Positions 14,101 to 25,188 of a DNA stretch of 64,000 bases are shown one piece after another; the stretch's first letter is position 1; each line of letters begins with the position of its first letter. Location of the stretch: positions 186,001-250,000 of the forward strand of contig JAQGDQ010000003.1 of the NCBI GenBank assembly GCA_030141605.1. Reading direction: 5' to 3'. Made by a program: the position numbers and the translations under genes. This DNA comes from Tubiluchus corallicola. Its lineage: Eukaryota; Animalia; Priapulida. The notes beneath the pieces are model-generated. The model ran no database searches and was not told where the DNA came from. It saw nothing but the letters and a program-made list of their open reading frames with translations.

Positions 14101-17100
14101 CCACATAGTTCAGTAAGTAATTGTAAGGTAAATGATAAAAATGTATGAACTTTGATACCAAATTTATTTAAAACAAGGAAGTTTACTTGACTTCAAAATG
14201 CATCTTCAGCTACCTCTTCTTACCTTTTTCCTGTAAAAACAAAAACATATCATATTCAGGCAATTTATTATGAATTGTTATCAAGTTAAGTCACAGAACT
14301 AAAACCTATATTGTTATCGATTCATTAATAAAATCATATAAAAAGTGTCAGTCACTAATGGTTCTTAACCACTTTGAGATGTATATACTGCCCGTATACA
14401 TTTTCAATAAACGAGAAAAAAGGTTCGGCACTGCTTAACTTTTATAATTCAGCACACACTGTGACTGCTTAGCCTAGTAAAAAAACTAAAAATAAACGAG
14501 AAGATATGCACGAAGTAACCATACATTGCTGATGAGTTGATAAAGTAAGTGACTCTCACTAACAACAGTTGGATGGATGGATGGATGTCACTACAAATGA
14601 TTTGTTACTCATTTCGAATATTAGGGCTCAAAATCTTTATTTAATGCTCAAAAGTTTCATTCAGGGTTTGTCCTCACGTCTACAGACGATGAGAACCTCA
14701 AATATCATTATGAATGGATATCAAAATAAAGATTCCTCTCATTGCTATTACACTTTGCTCCCACCTGTAAAAGAACTTTGAGTTGGGATAAAATCAGAGT
14801 ATATTCAATTTAACAGTTTAGCCTTGTATAAACATTTAAGCTTAAAAAAGATTTCAAACTTGAGAAACTGTTATGTGAAACGTGTACTTGAAAATATTAC
14901 TATGAAAGTTGTAACAATTTTTCGCGTAACTTACTTCTTTCAAAAATTAAAGGAAAATTGCAAATCAATGTCATAAGCTGTTATTATTTAAAAGGCACTC
15001 ATCACTGCCAGAACTTTCATTATCAAAGCAGGACAAGTAAAGTGTTTTCCACAGAACTGAAGCTCTTATCATTAGTCTAGTGAATATAATAACTGAACTA
15101 AACTTTAGGTCAAAATGTCTCTATACAATTTTGTTAGCTTTTGAGGCATAGCATAATCACATTTTCTAATGTCAGGTGTAATTTAAATCAGTGCAGAAAG
15201 TCAATATCACAACATTTTCAAATAAAAAGTCTGAGTTTCTTTCAGAGCCAAATAATGAAGTAATTTTTGCAGAAAACCATTCTCCCTTTCAGCTTCAGTG
15301 CTCAAACTGTTTAATTTTGTTAAAGGAGCACAGCCAGTACAATTGACCACATCCATTCAATGGGCAAATAATGCAGTAAAGTCAATCAACTGCTCATCAC
15401 AAGATAATGCCTGGCAAAGGCAGTTAGACGAATTGAAGCTTTAAGCACAGATTCATCGCTTGTATTGGGTGTATGAAATAGCAGATAAGATTATCCTTGG
15501 TCCGTGCAATCTCATTTAGTATCTTCGCCACCAGTAAAGGGCTTTAGGTAATACTGCCAAAATAACTAACAGAAAGCTTGAACATGTTCAACATCTTGAG
15601 AGCAAAGCGTAAATACTTTTGACGAGCGTACTCATAATTATAAGAAGCAAGCATTAGACTAAAGCAGTCAGACAGAAATTTCACCAGAAAGAAAGTGTGT
15701 ATGGTCCTTTTTCCCACAAAGCTAATATATGCCTTGACAACACAGAGCAGCAAGGGTTACTAGAATGTATGATTGTGCAGAAGCTTACAATGAGCTTTTC
15801 AGGATTGCCCAAGGATTCATCGCTTCTCGCGTTTCGCCTCTTACGCAGAGGAAAACTGCCTGATCAACAAACTCTTCGATGCTGGCAAATTCGATCAGAA
15901 TGGCAAATTGACTACGTGAATGAATTCCTAAGTGCTAACCGTGTGATGGGAAAAGCAAGTATTGTGCGCGCTTGGCTTCCGGGAAAGTGGGAACCGCCTT
16001 CGGGATGAGGCAGCAAATTTGTGAGTGCATCCTCCAATCAACCTCGACAAAAATAACTATAGAAAATATAACTTTGTTGAATACATCTAAGCAGTTCATG
16101 CAGTCTAGCTATTCATTTCAGTTTGCACTCTTAAAAATCAGAGAAAGCTCATAATAATCACTGTACACAGGCAACACAGCGGTGATTAAAGAGCCGATGT
16201 CATTCCAGACAGAATCATCAATCAAGTTTGAAGATGTGAACAATATCAAAACCAGGAATTAATTATTTAAAAGATGTGGAGGAATCAATGCTGCTGACAG
16301 AATCCTTGGGGAGAATAACGCGACTATTACACAATCTGGCCAATTTGATGTGGCTTTTTCCACAAAACGTGGTTAATAAAACTTTAACGTAATTGACACA
16401 CAGTAGTTTGCCAAACATATACACTGAATTCACTTGACTATTTCAATTTAAATTGCTTCAAACTATGCACAAAACGTCTGTACTACTTATTATTGTATTG
16501 CATTTTTCTTCTTTCTCTTGAAAACTAAAATAATTGAAGAGTAGATGTTTTACATGTGATTCCTGAATTGTCTGTCAGTCCGCATGTGGCAAATGTGACA
16601 TCTCGTCATATTTTTGAAACACGAGAGAAGTGAGTTAGAAGAATACCTAATTGTCTACAAAACTATCCTAGGCAATTCTTAAAAATGGAAAATGTGTGCA
16701 GAAATGCGCCACTTACAAGTATTAATTTAATGGCAGGCATTAAATATCAAACTCATAATCTAACCATTGGTTATACAAGAATGAGACTGAACAGTAGTAA
16801 TTTAACTACTATAGCAACTATTGATAGACCGTGATGGTTCTGTAGCATGCTACAAGTTGTTAATACTATTACGGACACTAATTTCATTTTATGATGATTG
16901 AGTCCCAGCCACATCTATCTGGCTTCCACATCAGGACAGACTTGGCAGCAAATTGCCAGGCAGTGCAAATTATGGTTACATAAGAGACCTGCTCCTGCAT
17001 ACTGTAGTTTGCTCAGCGTATCAGATTATACTTAATGGGAAGTCTTCAGTTTTACTATTGTTTAAGAGCTACCACGTCTCAGACTGATCTATTAGTTCAG

Positions 17101-20100
17101 ATATCTGAAACTGAAATAGGCCTGCTATTTTTTAAAATTATTGGACTGTTTTACATTAAATAAATGTCATTAATTTTCATGCTGTATGCTCGTAGCCATA
17201 CGAACTTTGATAAAAAACACATCCTTTTTGAAAGAGAAACTACACAACCTAATCATGATGTCAACACGTTTAATCCAGTGACAAACCTAAAATTTGAGAT
17301 TAGGTCTTAGTTTAGGTCTGTAGGATTTTCGTGTTTCACTGTCAAAGTTACACCGTACAATTGTAATATTATACTGTTCACGTTGTTTCAACACTGCTAC
17401 ATTCTTGCTTTGCAAAATTATATTATTTGGACCCAACAGTAATATTACTCTAGGCCAACGACCTAAGTCAAAATGAAACAGCATAGTAAATCATCAATAC
17501 TATACTGTGGTTTCTCTTAAGATATATTTCGCCAGTTAAGGCATCATCAGCTATGGAACAAGAGAAACAACCAAATTTGTAAGAAAAGGTTGGAATAACA
17601 ATTCTTACAACTTTTTTTTATTAATTTCGACTGTTTCTCTTGTTCTGATGAGCTCCTTGACGATGAAATATATCCTAATGGGAAACCACAATGCAGTGTT
17701 GACGATTTACTATTACACTAATTTCAGAATGATGTGTGCTACTGCTGGACAATGAAACAGGGTCTAAAATTCTTTATGTTCCTTTGAATTAAGTCAGTAA
17801 GTTGCACTCAAATGTATACGTAAGAAGCAGGTTGTTAACTGTACTGCATTATTTGTCTCCATTGTACAATCTTATTTAATTAGCATTTAATCGATTGCAG
17901 ACAAAATTATAAATACATAAACAAGGTGTCTCATAACCCCCTAATTATTTAAAAATTTGTTAATACATGTATAGCAACTACAAGAAAACCACGTGGCAAT
18001 TTGGCTGCTGAGTTTACAATTCATGAAAGTTTTGGTGCACCACAATTTAGCTTCATAAGCCTATCAGAAAGTTCTCTAGTACACTTGAAAGTGACCAATA
18101 CATTTTTTGAAACAAACAAAGCCACCTATTTAAATATTCTTGGCCAAGTGACCATGGATAACATTTCGGAAGTAAGAGAAGCACTTGTATTTTTCTGAGT
18201 TCTACAATTAAAGTTTTGTGCTTTTTCTTCTGCTACCATGCTGATATTAGAGCAGAGGTTAAGAGAAAGCCTGTATATGCCACTAAGATGCAAGACCTTC
18301 ACACACTAAGAGCATGGCTGCAAGTAATATAGTATTTATTAATACACCTTATTATGATTAACTACTTTTTTATTTTTACTAATGGATACATAACGCTTTT
18401 CCTCAAAAATTAATAACCATTTAAGAATAAGATAAACACTATGTCTGAAGTTGTGAAAAACAGTATGCATTTCACTCAAACTGCCAAATATCATTAGCAT
18501 TAAACGTGCGTATGCATACAATTATTAATCAAATGTGTAATATTTCAGGGTTTTTACTAACACTTTACTTCACTCTCTTTCACGTCTTTTTGTTGGCTTT
18601 CTTAATCTTCAATCATTTCACATGAGTTCATTCTAAAAAGATGCTTTTCTAAGTTTCTAACATGTAGTCTTGAGTTTAAAACAATTACAAGATATTCAGC
18701 TTATTCTAGACTATATGACATATTCCATGTAATCTGACCAGTCCTCAATAGCAGGTTCACCTTCCGCATTGTAAATGAAAGGAATTCGCTGAACTATTGC
18801 ATCAGAAACTTCCAAAAGTTCAGCAGTTGAAAAGATAGTTTGAAAAAACATGAAGTACAAGTAACACACAAAAATGACACATTACACAGCAATGCAAACG
18901 AAAGCAGCAACATAACATTAGCACAACACCTTTCAACAGGTTCTTGGAAGTTTTCAATTCGACACGAATTTCCCACAAAATTTACTTGAAAAAAGTTCAA
19001 GAGAAAACGTGTTAGTTAGACGTATAGTAGACAATCTAGCACCAAATGTCCATCTAATTGCTTTACTTTTACAAACTAATACGGAATGCGAGGCATACGA
19101 TTACTCACTTAATGAGTTTTTTCTGCCCAAGTGGCTGGACATGTTGTTTAGAACATAATTTAGTATTGCAATGGAGCCCTTTGCACGAATAAGTTACATA
19201 GAATGACACTTAGCACAGTTATAGAATCTATTTATCACAAAAAATGAAAATTATAAGTTACTCTATTTTTTGTGATATTGCAATACAAACTGGCTAAAAA
19301 CGTATTACATGAACAATAAGAACGAGACAAGCTTCGAGGAAAAACAGATCTGTTTATAAAGTTGCATCACATGCAAGTACATGTAACCCAAAAAAAGAAG
19401 ATACAACAGTTGGAACCAATGTTTATCGCATCATCAAGAGTCCAATGAATTAACTTACAGTAATTTTAGTTCTGGACTTTCTAAAGTAGGGCTTAAAGGA
19501 AAATCGAACTCAATTCTAAACTGTAAGTCAAAACAATCGACTCTTTAAAATATTGAGACTCTTTAAAACAATTGTGACTTACGTGAAAGAATTATTACCA
19601 CAGAACAGTAACTTCATGTTCCTGTGGCTAGTTCTTCACTGTTACATGCATTTCACCATTCATTCGTTAGACGGGCACTAGCATCTGCATTTTGGAAATG
19701 CATTGTATGAAAATCGGGTGCTGTACCTTAAGTTCACAGTTAATATACACATTTGAGAGCTCACGCATGAATACCTGTGCAGTAAATTTAAAATTTAAAT
19801 TTTTATCTTAAAATTCGCTGAGTTTTTGTATATTACACTGAATGTTGTACAGTAGCACCGTACTTCAATTTTCACTTTTGCAAACACGTTCAACAGGCTC
19901 ATGGAATGTTTTTGCTGTTGAAAATTGGGTTCGTTTGTGACATCATCAACTGGGCTTGCCAGCCGTTAACCAAGTTTTTAATCTATTATTGAATTATCAG
20001 AAATGCTTTGGCATTATTATAAGTGTTAAAATGTATACATCTTACCGTACTACAAAATGGAGTAGGAATTGAAACATAGTTCTGTTTTGCTCTAAATTAA

Positions 20101-21673
20101 TGTACTTGCAGCACATTTTAAAATCGCTTACATTTTTTCGAGTCTAATGCTTTGTTTTACCAGGAGAAGCAGTTAAACTCATTAACTTTTGATGTAAAAA
20201 CAAAATGCTTTGTGCCATCTCGATTTTTCAATACCAGACATCACCAGTATTAAACATGCACAACCATCTTAGCATCTACGTTACAAACAAGCAGCGTCTA
20301 ATGTAGTTACAGATGCTTCCTAGCTGTTCCACCTTATTTCTTTTTTGTTTTGTCATTAACTTTTATCTATCATTTTTAATTCAGTAGTTGGTGTGCAAAT
20401 CAGTGACTACCAAATGACTCTTTTTCTTTAGGTGAAGTTTTTTTGGGACACAAAATTTGCAGCCATATACTCCTCAAATCTTCACTTAAAAGAGATTTAA
20501 GAGATCTCAAAATTCATTGATTTTTGTGACGCATACATTGTATATGTTTGTATGGGAGTTGTTCTGTGCAAAATTTACTGGGAGTTTGTGGTATCGCTAG
20601 TGGGCGACCATAGTTGAGAGGAAAGGTCAGGGGTCACGGAAAGTGTGGCGATTAGAAAAATGACGTTGTTTGAATAATGAGCATTTAAAACATTAAAATC
20701 CTTTTACATATATCTTCTTTCTGTTCAAATGAGCAATATGACAGAGTTATATCGAATATATTATATCGAACTTCAAATTGTAATTAGGCAAGGGTAGCCT
20801 CACACATGACTGAATGGTTATTATACGCACAGAATGGTGCGCTTCGAAAGGCTACGACACGACCAGCCATACTAATGTAGCTTCAAAATTTGAGAAATTG
20901 CTGTTTAAATGCCATGTTTGTTCTAAAAAGTGTTAAATTGTTTTGCTGAAAGATTGTTTTTACCATTTTACCATCTCTGCAACCGTAGTATTAGTCCTTA
21001 GGACTTTACACTGATACGTAGTTTTAGTATCTCACCAAAAAACATCTCAGTTTTGAAGTCATTAACTAACTAGTCCCTTTGGTATGTTTCTATTTTAGCT
21101 GTGTAACATGCATCAGCTATAATTTGGAAATTTAGTTTTTGAGGATGGGGAAAAGATGACAACCATGTTTTGTTGTACATGTGTATATTAGGGTATGATT
21201 GATCTTTTAAGATAAACGTGTTAAAGAATTAATGTTTATCAACAGAAAAATAATTTGATACTGTAGTCAGTGAGTTTTATTAGTAATCAAATAACTACAC
21301 AGTTTAGTCTTTGTCACTGAAGTGATAGCTGGAGAAGCGATCCCAGTGCAGTTTCAACATATCATTTTTGTTTTCTGACATTATAAATGCATGCTAGCGC
21401 ATCATTTGGGAATTTATAACAAGTTTTCTTGCTGTTGGCATTGGCATTACAGCATGCAGCCAGATGCATAACAACTTTCTGTTCTTATTAAACGTGACAG
21501 TATGAGAATAGATACATTCAGAAATTACGGACAAGAATAGTGGCTAACGCATTCTATTTCAAAACAAAAAATGCCACTTTAATGCTATATTATGGTACAA
21601 AGTAACTTACATGTCCTGCATCACAAGTTACCAAAATCACAGCAAGTATCAACAGATATCCATAATACTGCAT
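2102..21673 (-). CDS. FSTL1: Follistatin-like protein 1 (signal peptide, FOLN+Kazal, EF-hand pair, partial VWC), 12 coding exons, about 341 aa
   Basis: Exons 21673-21611, 14230-14224 (inferred), 11088-10970, 10287-10179, 6909-6859, 6543-6446, 5019-4886, 4439-4327, 3930-3867, 3422-3349, 3022-2919, 2191-2102; all GT-AG and phase-consistent, 1026 nt. Motifs match vertebrate FSTL1: [65 protein letters not shown]...[25 protein letters not shown]. Confidence 0.95.
2270..2524 (-). mobile_element. Degenerate tRNA-derived SINE (same family as 48390-48799)
   Basis: - strand head ggcgcaagtttagtgg ... gggttcaatatcc (A/B-box-like); shares ggcaag(a/t)ccta and gaatcagca with the 48.5 kb copy. Confidence 0.4.
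2919..3022 (-). CDS. FSTL1: FSTL1 exon
   Basis: tgttttag| ... CAT|gtaagt; [35 protein letters not shown]. Confidence 0.85.
3349..3422 (-). CDS. FSTL1: FSTL1 exon (VWC, second half)
   Basis: ttttacag| ... G|gtaaac; [25 protein letters not shown]. Confidence 0.95.
3867..3930 (-). CDS. FSTL1: FSTL1 exon (VWC, first half)
   Basis: tttttag| ... TG|gtgtgt; [22 protein letters not shown]. Confidence 0.95.
4327..4439 (-). CDS. FSTL1: FSTL1 exon (EF-hand 2)
   Basis: ttttgccag| ... A|gtaatt; [38 protein letters not shown]. Confidence 0.95.
4886..5019 (-). CDS. FSTL1: FSTL1 exon (EF-hand 1)
   Basis: cctgcag| ... AG|gtaagc; [44 protein letters not shown]. Confidence 0.95.
5107..6066. repeat. Non-autonomous element with about 4 internal diverged tandem core units
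   Basis: Unit atagttgcaactg...ccctcacctg..gggtaaaat.ttttgtc..tgacaggtcact recurs at about 5121, 5361, 5531 and 5668. Confidence 0.6.
6446..6543 (-). CDS. FSTL1: FSTL1 exon
   Basis: tttatag| ... GAG|gtaata; [33 protein letters not shown]. Confidence 0.93.
6859..6909 (-). CDS. FSTL1: FSTL1 linker exon
   Basis: tatttcag| ... A|gtacgt, phase 1/1; [17 protein letters not shown]. Confidence 0.85.
8159..8578 (+). mobile_element. TTAA-flanked (Kolobok-like) non-autonomous element, family A, partial
   Basis: Aligns by eye with 61394-62101 and the reverse complement of 33306-33583; ends gcttggcctttccg|ttaa. Confidence 0.7.
9960..10072. repeat. 41-bp minisatellite, about 2.7 copies (20+21-bp subunits)
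   Basis: aacttaaaacctattctgtcaacttaatgacaacattctgc repeated. Confidence 0.85.
10179..10287 (-). CDS. FSTL1: FSTL1 exon (Kazal)
   Basis: tgttcag| ... G|gtattc; [36 protein letters not shown]. Confidence 0.95.
10970..11088 (-). CDS. FSTL1: FSTL1 exon (follistatin-N)
   Basis: gttttag| ... AAG|gtaccg; [40 protein letters not shown]. Confidence 0.95.
12855..13029. mobile_element. Small foldback/MITE with a telomere-like (CCCTAA-type) core
   Basis: Arms ggtaaaaaagtc..aaaaaagtcacagg / tgtgactttttt..tgtgactttattacc flank ccctaatcttaactctaatcctagccctaaccctaccctag; second copy at 60040-60176. Confidence 0.7.
13520..14004. mobile_element. Tc1/mariner-pogo-type MITE, 485 bp, TA target duplication
   Basis: Perfect 23-bp TIRs CCGTATATACTCGCATATAAGCC / GGCTTATATGCGAGTATATACGG with TA on both sides; internal ggtcggcttatat repeats. 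Confidence 0.9.
14224..14230 (-). CDS. FSTL1: FSTL1 inferred 7-nt microexon (GAA AAA G)
   Basis: tttttgtttttacag|GAAAAAG|gtaaga; converts the phase-0 end of the signal exon to the phase-1 start of the FOLN exon. Confidence 0.6.
17483..17713. mobile_element. Imperfect palindrome, probably an inverted pseudo-LTR remnant of a Penelope-like element
   Basis: Arms of about 105 bp (atagtaaatcatcaatact... / ...agtgttgacgatttactat), each with a CTGATGA...GAAA TATATC motif. Confidence 0.7.
17510..17568 (-). ncRNA. Minimal type-I hammerhead ribozyme motif
   Basis: - strand: GUUUCUCUU guuccauag CUGAUGA U GCC uuaacu GGC GAAA UAU AUC^ uu AAGAGAAAC; distal stem I is 9 bp perfect, stem II 3 bp, stem III palindromic. 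Confidence 0.65.
21611..21673 (-). CDS. FSTL1: FSTL1 first coding exon (signal peptide)
   Basis: ttttgttag|GATTGGAAG ATG ... CAT|gtaagt; [21 protein letters not shown]. Confidence 0.8.
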
Positions 21674-22023
21674 CTTCCAATCCTAACAAAAATACGTCAT
21701 AGCAATTAGCATCGAACAGTGTGCGACGCATGCTACTGTACCCAACTGCCATTAATAATTCAATTAATTGATAATATGATATTAACAATTAAATAAACTC
21801 CGACTATGGTTAGTGACTGCCTTCAAACAGAGGCAGATTAAAAAACACCACCTCCGGCTTTACTTTAGTCGGTGTGCCTTCTTAGACCACACCAGAACCC
21901 CATCTGCCCACTTTCGCACATGTTGTGCAGTCGTAAATAAAATTTTATTAAACCAATAACAAAACCAATCATTTATGACACATAACTTAAACAGAAGACA
22001 TTCGAAAAGTAATTTACACTAAC

Positions 22024-22367
22024 CATCACAACTCGCATTCACGACACTACTCTGTCTCTCTCTGCAGTACAACTTTCTACAATAAACGGCTGACGGGCTG
22101 AGTGGTTCTCTCACTAGGTGCCGCCACATCACAATTTCAGTTTAACACCATAATGATTCCCCCACCAACGCACGATCACATCACATGTTCGTCAGCGTCA
22201 CGGTTCATGTACAGTACATGATACAGATAGTGGTAGGAATTTACGTTAACGAATTGTGTTTTTGAAAGTTATTTTATCCAGTAGTTAGGTTTGCGTGAAT
22301 TCTGCTGTTAAAGTTTTTTTTTTACTTTTCACGTTGTAACTTTTTGTATTTTCAACTTTGGCACCAG
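22024..22367. promoter_or_regulatory. Putative bidirectional promoter and non-coding first exons of FSTL1 and SLC37
   Basis: Both ATG exons begin with splice acceptors. A divergent donor pair flanks a CpG-richer patch: - strand atg|gttagt at 22023 and + strand CAG|gtaagg at 22368. Confidence 0.45.
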
Positions 22368-22960
22368 GTAAGGTTTAATGCATATAACTCACAAGGGTTA
22401 CAGAAATCCCGCTCACTTCAGCAGCTTTGTCAATTGTTCACAATTTTGGGCGCGAATTTCTTATCGCCAAATTAAAGGTTAAAGTGTTCAAGCAAACGGA
22501 TTTTTAGTAACTCAGCAGCTCGTATTTATTAACTTTAAATAAAGTGTAGGAATTAGGATACCTGTACGGCTATAATTTGGTGATAACCATCCTAGGGCAA
22601 TTAGGGTACTTTACAAGACAGTGACGAGTTGAAATAGCATTGCCTAACAATTATAGTAATTTTTGTCGTACTTAACTATAGACATGTCTGTTTAAAAATG
22701 TGAAACTGTGTGAAATTGTGAAAAATGTGAAACTGTGTGAAACATAACAATGTGAAACTGTTGTGCTAAATATAAGTTGTGCTTCATGATAGGATTGTTT
22801 AGTGTTATGTACAATAAGGAAGTTATTGCTTGTTTGTTTGAGAGGTTAACGATAACTATGTAAAGAATCATTCAAGTCCAAATAAATATGCCTATAAAAA
22901 GCTATCCATGTTTAGCTTTTTTATGATGTTATGTGGCATTTATTAATGTTTCTTATACAG

Positions 22961-24801
22961 TTGGTTGAAAACATCAGCAAACAACCAACAAAAACAGTAC
23001 CAAGCACAGTCATAACGATTTTGAGCCCATCATACATACAGGACACTGCTTGTCTAGAGCAGTTCAACATTGCAGTGTGTTGCAATCAACTAAACACGCG
23101 CAGTATGATTGCTCCAATCTTGGTCGATTTTGTTCCAGGGATGCCAACGTATTGACTTTGACTCAATGGGCCGATTCCAAGACATATGGTCTTGGGAAGA
23201 TCGCTGACGCTTATCCTGTTGTTCTAGATTCTGTGGATAATCGAAAACGAAAAAATGGACGAATAAGGGACGATTACGACGTGTTTATTTCGTACTCTCA
23301 TCAAAATGAGGAGCAGACCGACCGACTTGACTAAGAACTTCCGGATTTAAACGTTTTTATAGACAGGACAGAGCTTGAATCAGGGGCAGATTGGCAGAAG
23401 ACAATATTTGCGGCCATTGACAATTCACGTTGCGTGATAGCTCTGTTGTCGCGTAGCTATGCTAGCTCACTGATGTGCCAAGAGGAATACGCCATAGCTG
23501 TTGCCAGAAATGCTCAGGGAGAAAATTTTAAGTTGATCTGTGTTGCCATAGAAGGAAGTAAACAACTCCCTGAGCTGTATAAACGCTCTGGCTTCGTGAC
23601 GGCAGAATCCGAAGCCAGTTATGATAAAACTTTGGGTGATACAGTGCAAGTCTGGTGACGATAAGTCGAAACTTTGCTCTAGCCGATTGGTGGAAGATTA
23701 CGTTAGTGGATACTTGGAGGAAACACGAAAACAGGTGGTGCTGGCATCGGCAACGAAAAATACTGACACAAGAAAGAAGAAATCGAACAAGGGAGACAAT
23801 CCGAGCAAAGTCAACCTTGCCATTTGCAGCAACAAGAAGGATTCAAACTCCGGGAAATTACTAGAACACTGGATCCTGGAGATGCGCCCGGAAGTGGAAA
23901 TGTGCGGAAAGAACAGCCAAACCCTGGAGCGACTAGAGGACGCTGATGTGATTGCGGTTTTATTTTCCGGACACTTCGTTCAACAATGTCTGTTGCTTGA
24001 GGAACTAGGCTTTGCAATGTTGCATATGAGGAAAGGCACAAAAGAAATATACTTAGTGACTTTGACAGACGTTTTATCATGTGGTGTGCTCAGATAAACT
24101 ATGGGACGAAGCAGCAAGTTCCTCCGAGGGAAGCAAGTTTATGGAATTAGTCAGAAAGGAACTGGGTGTGGCTAATGATGTTGACGACAGCACTATTGCT
24201 GCTCTTTATTTCGTTGGATTTGATATAACCACAGCAATAAAAAATGACGGAATGAGGGGCTCAACAAACGAGCGACCAGCTATGATCAACATCTCTTCTA
24301 AACGCCCTCCTCAAAAGGGGCCGCAAGACATGGGCTTTCTCTTTGCACACGTGAATTCTCTAAACAAGCGCAGGCCACTAAAGCAAAGATGCAAAATAAC
24401 ACCAACCGCAGAAATTCTGAAGATCGCAGGCAAGAGAATAAGACAGTTGAACAAAATGGAACGGAAGACGACACTGCCAAACTAGAGTCCAAACATGAAT
24501 CGCAGAAGACAGCACAAAACAGGAATCTTCACAGGACTTCAAGGTTTAAAGAAGACAAAACCAATGGTCAAACTACAGATGACAGGGAGAAGATGATAAA
24601 AAATGACAAAGAGAAGGAAGGTACAAATGTGAAGCAGAAGACAATCAAAAATGGCAAGAAGAACCTCAATCACATGACCAAAAATAAAGAAGCCACAGAA
24701 TCACGTTTAGTAGCTCGTTAGCAAGTGATGAGGAGCCAGAACTAAAATTGGATGAAGAACCCACACCGAAGAATCCATCACGAGCGTGCACAATATCTTA
24801 A
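22961..24801 (+). pseudogene. Decayed intronless multi-TIR-domain gene with C-terminal CaaX
   Basis: TIR-a tail VITILSPSYIQDTACLEQFNIA..IAPILVDFVPGMPTY; TIR-b YDVFISYSHQN..VFIDRTELESGADWQKTIFAAIDNSRCVIALLSRSYASSLMCQEEYAIA; TIR-c LEDADVIAVLFSGHFVQQCLLLEELGFA..IYLVTL; low-complexity tail ending PSRACTIS*. In-frame TAA at 23332 and frame changes near 23150, 23650, 24080, 24390 and 24700. Confidence 0.85.
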
Positions 24802-24814
24802 TCAGATACAGCAC

Positions 24815-25188
24815 TTCTGCGGGCTTTAGAAAAAGGACGAACCCAACGGAAAAGTAGCTAGGGGGGTCTGGTGGTGCATTTAGGCTAATTTTAGACCATT
24901 TTTTCTCAGCAAACTCGGTAGTTTAAAACTCGTCACCTCAAACTTTTGACTCTTAATTACTAGTATAGCATATAATTGCGCACAGCGACATCTTTGCGAA
25001 AAACTTAATTATTACTGAAAGGGCTCAACGTTTTTACACTAAAATCATCAATGCAGAACCTTTTACTCCATATAACTTATTAAAAGCTACCACTTAAACT
25101 TCTAAAGCTTATAATCCTGAGGAAATATTTACTTGGTGTGCTACTCTGAAAGATGGCCCCTTTCGCCCACCCCCTAAATCCGCCTCTG
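24815..25188. mobile_element. Degenerate MITE with GC-rich terminus
   Basis: Right end cgcccaccccctaaatccgcctctg (CAGAGGCGGATTTAGGGGG on -) and internal ggggggtctgg; left end is eroded. Confidence 0.35.

Noticed and set aside
15697-16008. 103-aa + strand ORF in an FSTL1 intron
   Set aside because: No recognisable motif and a non-ATG start; explained by locally higher GC
23150-24721. Programmed frameshifting or stop readthrough in the TIR region
   Set aside because: At least six scattered lesions, including apparent deletions, with no slippery-site pattern; ordinary decay is simpler
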